DNA of 64,000 nucleotides from a virus (Duplodnaviria; Heunggongvirae; Uroviricota; Caudoviricetes): IMG/VR virus record IMGVR_UViG_2713896898_000005; one strand, 5' to 3'. Shown piece by piece: positions 60,112 to 64,000 of this stretch (position 1 is its first letter; each line of letters starts with the position of its first letter). The notes under the pieces were generated by a model. It saw only the letters and a program-made list of their open reading frames with translations, ran no database searches and was not told where the DNA came from. The position numbers and the translations under genes were made by a program.

Positions 60112-60963
60112 CTATTGCGCGCTTTCGGGGTTGTCGTTTACTGGCTGCCCCTTCTTCGTTTTACGGCTGCGCGTAACTGATGCGGCTGATTTGACCTTTT
60201 TCTCTTCGCGAGTGATGGCAATTTGTTTTTTTACATTTTCAATATCTGCCAGGCGATATATTTTTGCCTGCGGCCAGCGGTCGCAGATGATCGGTTCTAT
60301 AGAGTCATAAAGGCTAAATTTTGCTTTCTCGAATTCACCGTTGATGATGAGTCCATCGCGGAGAGTCTCATCGCAGATAAATACGCCACACAGCGGCACA
60401 TGGTAACTAACTGATTTACCGTGATTGTAGTTAGGGCTACTGGAGATGTAGTGAACGCGCAGCATCGTTTCGCTAAAGCCATGTACGCGCATACGGAATT
60501 TCTCATCCTCTGGGTACTGTTTCATTAGCTCCTTCGTTGCTTCCAGATTCTCTATGTATTTCGCGCTGTGTTCGTTTATTCCCGCGCTTTTCTGAATGCG
60601 AATATCTTTATCTATCAGATGGATAATACGGCCAGCGGTCATATTGACGCTGTTCACGGCTTCTGTCTGATAAGTCGTAACCTTGCGCACACCGCGAAGG
60701 ATGTTAGGCACTGGATATAAAATAGTCTTTGGGATATTGAGATCTGGATACTGTTCCAGTTCCCGCGCCATTAAAGTCCATTTATCAATTTCAGCCTGAA
60801 TGCTGTCCGTTTCTTTAAACGGCAGAACGACAACCGGGCGCACAGGACGTCCATCGCTAGCAGCATCAACATGCTGAGCACGTGCAACAGCTTTTTTTAG
60901 AAAGAGATCCCTGAAGCTGACGAACTCCTGGTACAGTTGTTCGCCGTAGACATAATTTATCAT
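60112..60963 (-). CDS. c1: C1 repressor of lytic functions
   Basis: 283-aa ORF beginning MINYVYGEQLYQEF..., as remembered for P1 C1. Confidence 0.95.
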   Translation of the reverse strand: MINYVYGEQLYQEFVSFRDLFLKKAVARAQHVDAASDGRPVRPVVVLPFKETDSIQAEIDKWTLMARELEQYPDLNIPKTILYPVPNILRGVRKVTTYQTEAVNSVNMTAGRIIHLIDKDIRIQKSAGINEHSAKYIENLEATKELMKQYPEDEKFRMRVHGFSETMLRVHYISSSPNYNHGKSVSYHVPLCGVFICDETLRDGLIINGEFEKAKFSLYDSIEPIICDRWPQAKIYRLADIENVKKQIAITREEKKVKSAASVTRSRKTKKGQPVNDNPESAQ

Positions 60964-61057
60964 TGATCCTCCTCCAGAATTGACATGGCCAACAACTCAC
61001 AGTGGGTAACACCGGGAGTTGTTGGTCACCATTATAGAAGGATCTAACGAAAATAAT

Positions 61058-61074
61058 AGATTTATTAGTGCATT
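61058..61074 (-). promoter_or_regulatory. C1 operator in the c1 promoter region
   Basis: 14/17 match on the minus strand, overlapping the coi stop. Confidence 0.55.
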
Positions 61075-61283
61075 TGTTGTGATTCTGGATTGGTAACACC
61101 AATGAGGTATTCGATAGTGTCAGTGAGGTCATCCAGATCGTCTGAGGTGATGCGGTACTCCTGATTGGATATCTTTGAGTAGTGTTCAGCAATGGCGCGA
61201 GCAGCGTCGGTGTCGGTGGGGTCTACAGATAAAGCGTTAGAGCAATGTCTAACATCGTCGATGGTTGGTGGAATGAAAGCCAT
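61065..61283 (-). CDS. coi: Coi, C1 inactivator
   Basis: 72-aa ORF immediately upstream of c1, bracketed by C1 operators. Confidence 0.75.
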   Translation of the reverse strand: MAFIPPTIDDVRHCSNALSVDPTDTDAARAIAEHYSKISNQEYRITSDDLDDLTDTIEYLIGVTNPESQQMH

Positions 61284-61521
61284 AATTATGCCTCACTGTA
61301 TTGACAACACAGAGCATTAAGCTCTGACCTACTGTTTCACCCATGTTCCATGCCGGGGGTATCTAATAACATTGCGCTGTGTGTAAGAAGAGCAATGTAT
61401 AGCCGTAATGCCGTTGTATAAGGTTTCCCTGTTTGCTCATTTCCCTCTGAGCCGCTCTACAACGCCGAAGACACATAAAAGAGTGAGTCCAGTGTCATAT
61501 TACGAAACGGCGGCAAAGCTA

Positions 61522-61538
61522 TAATTTATTAGAGCAAT
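61522..61538 (-). promoter_or_regulatory. C1 operator (Op99 cluster)
   Basis: Minus strand ATTGCTCTAATAAATTA, 16/17. Confidence 0.7.
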
Positions 61539-61605
61539 TGTCAAACAACTAAGGAAAACAATCCAGCCTTTTGGCTGGTGGAGTGTGATTTTCTTCTCAA
61601 AAAGT

Positions 61606-61622
61606 ATTGCTCTAATAATTCT
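61606..61622 (+). promoter_or_regulatory. C1 operator (Op99 cluster)
   Basis: ATTGCTCTAATAATTCT. Confidence 0.65.
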
Positions 61623-61665
61623 TGATTTTTGTGCGCAGTCGGGATTAAACTCCTTATCGCTCTAA

Positions 61666-61699
61666 ATAACTTCGTATAGCATACATTATACGAAGTTAT
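61666..61699 (+). other. loxP: loxP recombination site
   Basis: Exact 34-bp ATAACTTCGTATA-GCATACAT-TATACGAAGTTAT. Confidence 0.99.
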
Positions 61700-61768
61700 C
61701 TTAAGGGTTATTGAACATGATCAATTTACCTGTAAATCCATACAGTTCAATACCTTATCAGGTCAAAT

Positions 61769-61798
61769 AGTGATCACTTGATCACTTGATCATTTGAT
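61769..61798 (+). promoter_or_regulatory. Four tandem TGATCA Dam sites in the cre promoter region
   Basis: TGATCA x4 at 8-bp period. Confidence 0.6.
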
Positions 61799-61896
61799 CA
61801 AGGTTGCGCTACGTAAAATCTGCGAAATGTTGGCAGTGTTAGTGCTCCAGATTTCGCGTAGCGCGCTTAGCACCACCAATCAATCAGAGGTGAAAA

Positions 61897-62118
61897 ATGG
61901 GATATTCAACTGCTAAAGTGTCCACTCATCTTGAGCTTGAGAAAAACCGTGGTTACTGGCGGGCAAAAGGGTTTGATCGTGATAGTTGTCAACTGTCATT
62001 ATCGCGCGGTGAAGAGAAAATAGAACGCACGCGCGGTCGCTGGCGTTTCTATGACGAGAACCATAAACAGGTAAAGGCAGAGCCGATCCTGTACACTTTA
62101 CTTAAAACCATTATCTGA
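61897..62118 (+). CDS. Hypothetical ORF upstream of cre
   Basis: 73-aa ORF ending 8 nt before cre. Confidence 0.4.
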   Translation: MGYSTAKVSTHLELEKNRGYWRAKGFDRDSCQLSLSRGEEKIERTRGRWRFYDENHKQVKAEPILYTLLKTII

Positions 62119-62125
62119 GTGTTAA

Positions 62126-63157
62126 ATGTCCAATTTACTGACCGTTCACCAAAATTTGCCTGCATTGCCGGTCGATGCAACGAGTGATGAGGTTCGCAAG
62201 AACCTGATGGACATGTTCAGGGATCGCCAGGCGTTTTCTGAGCATACCTGGAAAATGCTTCTGTCCGTTTGCCGGTCATGGGCGGCTTGGTGCAAGTTGA
62301 ATAACCGGAAATGGTTTCCCGCAGAACCTGAAGATGTTCGCGATTATCTTCTATATCTTCAGGCGCGCGGTCTGGCAGTAAAAACTATTCAGCAACATTT
62401 GGGCCAGCTAAACATGCTTCATCGTCGGTCCGGGCTGCCACGACCAAGTGACAGCAATGCTGTTTCACTGGTCATGCGGCGGATTCGAAAAGAAAACGTT
62501 GATGCCGGTGAACGTGCAAAACAGGCATTGGCGTTCGAACGCACTGATTTCGACCAGGTTCGTTCACTCATGGAAAATAGCGATCGCTGCCAGGATATAC
62601 GTAATCTGGCATTTCTTGGGATTGCTTATAACACCTTGTTACGTATAGCCGAAATTGCCAGGATCAGGGTTAAAGATATCTCACGTACTGACGGTGGGAG
62701 AATGTTAATCCATATCGGCAGAACGAAAACGCTGGTTAGCACCGCAGGTGTAGAGAAGGCACTTAGCCTGGGGGTAACTAAACTGGTCGAGCGATGGATT
62801 TCTGTCTCTGGTGTCGCTGATGATCCGAATAACTACCTGTTTTGCCGGGTCAGAAAAAATGGTGTTGCCGCGCCATCATCCACCAGCCAGCTATCAACTC
62901 GCGCCCTGGAAGGGATTTTTGAAGCAACTCACCGATTGATTTACGGGGCTAAGGATGACTCTGGCCAGAGGTACCTGGCCTGGTCTGGACACAGTGCCCG
63001 TGTCGGAGCCGCGCGAGATATGGCCCGCGCCGGAGTTTCAATACCGGAGATCATGCAAGCTGGTGGCTGGACCAACGTAAATATTGTCATGAACTATATC
63101 CGTAATCTGGATAGTGAAACGGGGGCAATGGTGCGCCTACTGGAAGATGGTGATTAG
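62126..63157 (+). CDS. cre: Cre tyrosine recombinase
   Basis: 343-aa ORF, MSNLLTVHQNLPALPVDATSDEVRKNLMDMFRDRQAFSEHTWKMLLSVCRSWAAWCKL..., matching remembered Cre. Confidence 0.99.
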   Translation: MSNLLTVHQNLPALPVDATSDEVRKNLMDMFRDRQAFSEHTWKMLLSVCRSWAAWCKLNNRKWFPAEPEDVRDYLLYLQARGLAVKTIQQHLGQLNMLHRRSGLPRPSDSNAVSLVMRRIRKENVDAGERAKQALAFERTDFDQVRSLMENSDRCQDIRNLAFLGIAYNTLLRIAEIARIRVKDISRTDGGRMLIHIGRTKTLVSTAGVEKALSLGVTKLVERWISVSGVADDPNNYLFCRVRKNGVAAPSSTSQLSTRALEGIFEATHRLIYGAKDDSGQRYLAWSGHSARVGAARDMARAGVSIPEIMQAGGWTNVNIVMNYIRNLDSETGAMVRLLEDGD

Positions 63158-63174
63158 CCGTTAATTCATAAGAA

Positions 63175-63191
63175 ATTGCTCTAATTATTTT
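63175..63191 (+). promoter_or_regulatory. C1 operator-like site
   Basis: ATTGCTCTAATTATTTT, 15/17. Confidence 0.6.
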
Positions 63192-63207
63192 ACATTTATG
63201 GTGACAT

Positions 63208-63519
63208 ATGAGAAAGGATTTCAACATCGACGGAAAATATGTACTGCTGTCTGTAAGCACTAATATTCAGTCGCCAGCCGTCATTGTCACTGTAAAGTTG
63301 AGCGATAGAATGCCTGATATTGACTCAATATCCGTTGCGTTCCCTGTCAAAAGTATGCGTAGTGCTGAACATTTCGTGATGAATGCCACCGAGGAAGAAG
63401 CACGGCGCGGTTTTGCCAAAGTGATGTCTGAGTTTGGAGAATTTTTGGGGCACGTTGACAAAGCCCTCTCAATCAGTTCAGCAAGGTCCAAAGCGTTAAC
63501 AGCTTCCATGATGAAATAA
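63208..63519 (+). CDS. Small protein downstream of cre (cra-like position)
   Basis: 103-aa ORF. Confidence 0.45.
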   Translation: MRKDFNIDGKYVLLSVSTNIQSPAVIVTVKLSDRMPDIDSISVAFPVKSMRSAEHFVMNATEEEARRGFAKVMSEFGEFLGHVDKALSISSARSKALTASMMK

Positions 63520-63650
63520 AAAAAGCCTGGCAAGGAGCCAGGCTGCACAAAAAAGCGGGTTTGTATTCCGCATCCAATCAATCAAGAACGAGTATAGCAC
63601 ATAGGTGCCAAAGTGAAAGAATGTGATTCGCGATAAATAAAATAGCTATC

Positions 63651-63667
63651 ATTGCTCTAATTTGTTG
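63651..63667 (+). promoter_or_regulatory. C1 operator (Op2-like) overlapping the ref promoter
   Basis: ATTGCTCTAATTTGTTG followed by TATAAT at about 63669-63674. Confidence 0.7.
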
Positions 63668-63734
63668 TTATAATTTAGAGGTGGCGTGAGTCAACTACGA
63701 ACACATGGCCATTACCTACTCCTTTGAAATCATT

Positions 63735-63760
63735 GGCGGCCTAAAGGCCGCCTTTTTTTT
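63735..63760 (+). terminator. Intrinsic terminator-like hairpin in the ref leader
   Basis: GGCGGCC-TAAA-GGCCGCC followed by eight T. Confidence 0.6.
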
Positions 63761-63765
63761 ACCTT

Positions 63766-64000
63766 ATGAAAACAATCGAACAAAAAATTGAACAGCACCG
63801 TAAGTGGCAGAAGGCAGCCAGAGAACGAGCGATCGCTCGGCAACGGGAGAAGTTGGCTGATCCGGTCTGGCGAGAATCTCAATATCAGAAAATGCGGGAT
63901 ACTATCGACCGCCGTATCGCTAAACAGAAAGTACGCCCACCAGCCAGCAAAACGCGGAAAAGCGCGGTAAAAATAAAATCTCGTGGCTTGAAGGGGAGAA
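63766..64000 (+). CDS. ref: Ref recombination enhancement function (HNH family), 5' part (runs off window)
   Basis: MKTIEQKIEQHRKWQKAARERAIARQREKLADPVWRESQYQKMRD..., matching the remembered P1 Ref N-terminus. Confidence 0.85.
   Translation, partial: MKTIEQKIEQHRKWQKAARERAIARQREKLADPVWRESQYQKMRDTIDRRIAKQKVRPPASKTRKSAVKIKSRGLKGR

Noticed and set aside
61769-61798. TGATCA x4 tandem repeat as a microsatellite or mini-array
   Set aside because: It is a cluster of Dam (GATC) sites in the cre promoter region, consistent with the known methylation-sensitive control of cre.

Overview
This 64-kb window reads as a contiguous segment of a P1-like temperate phage-plasmid, in canonical P1 orientation and ending at loxP-cre-ref. 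Gene calls rest on reading the supplied ORF translations and on motif recognition against remembered P1 biology; no database search was run, and coordinates of non-ORF features are approximate (+/- 2 nt). Left to right: the 5' part of a tail-fibre gene and the minus-strand sit tail/baseplate operon; an AT-rich sim-like pair of secreted proteins; immI (C1 operator, c4 antisense RNA, icd, ant); the kilA-repL lytic replicon; a Lom/Ail-family outer-membrane protein; head and sheath genes; parS-parB-parA; a plasmid replicon (incA iterons, repA, incC iterons, oriR) whose iteron sequence is not the classical P1 one; a spanin pair; hrdC-dmt; a tRNA cluster; tciABC; ban; a baseplate cluster; a pmg/ppp cluster; an AT-rich island with a 1212-aa invasin/intimin-like adhesin bounded by an IS630-family element that truncates doc; lpa; pacA (with pac site) and pacB; c1/coi; loxP; cre; ref (partial). 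The most unusual signals are: (1) a 341-aa LAGLIDADG intein inserted exactly in the PCQ catalytic motif of the cytosine-methyltransferase domain of Dmt; (2) an array of tRNA-like structured repeats, including a 133-nt chimeric tRNA-like gene, among genuine tRNA genes; (3) a T5orf172/GIY-YIG-like gene with its own terminator wedged between incA and the par operon; (4) the adhesin + IS630 island replacing phd and the 5' part of doc; (5) many C1-operator matches (ATTGCTCTAATAAATTT-like), some in front of unannotated small transcripts or peptides.
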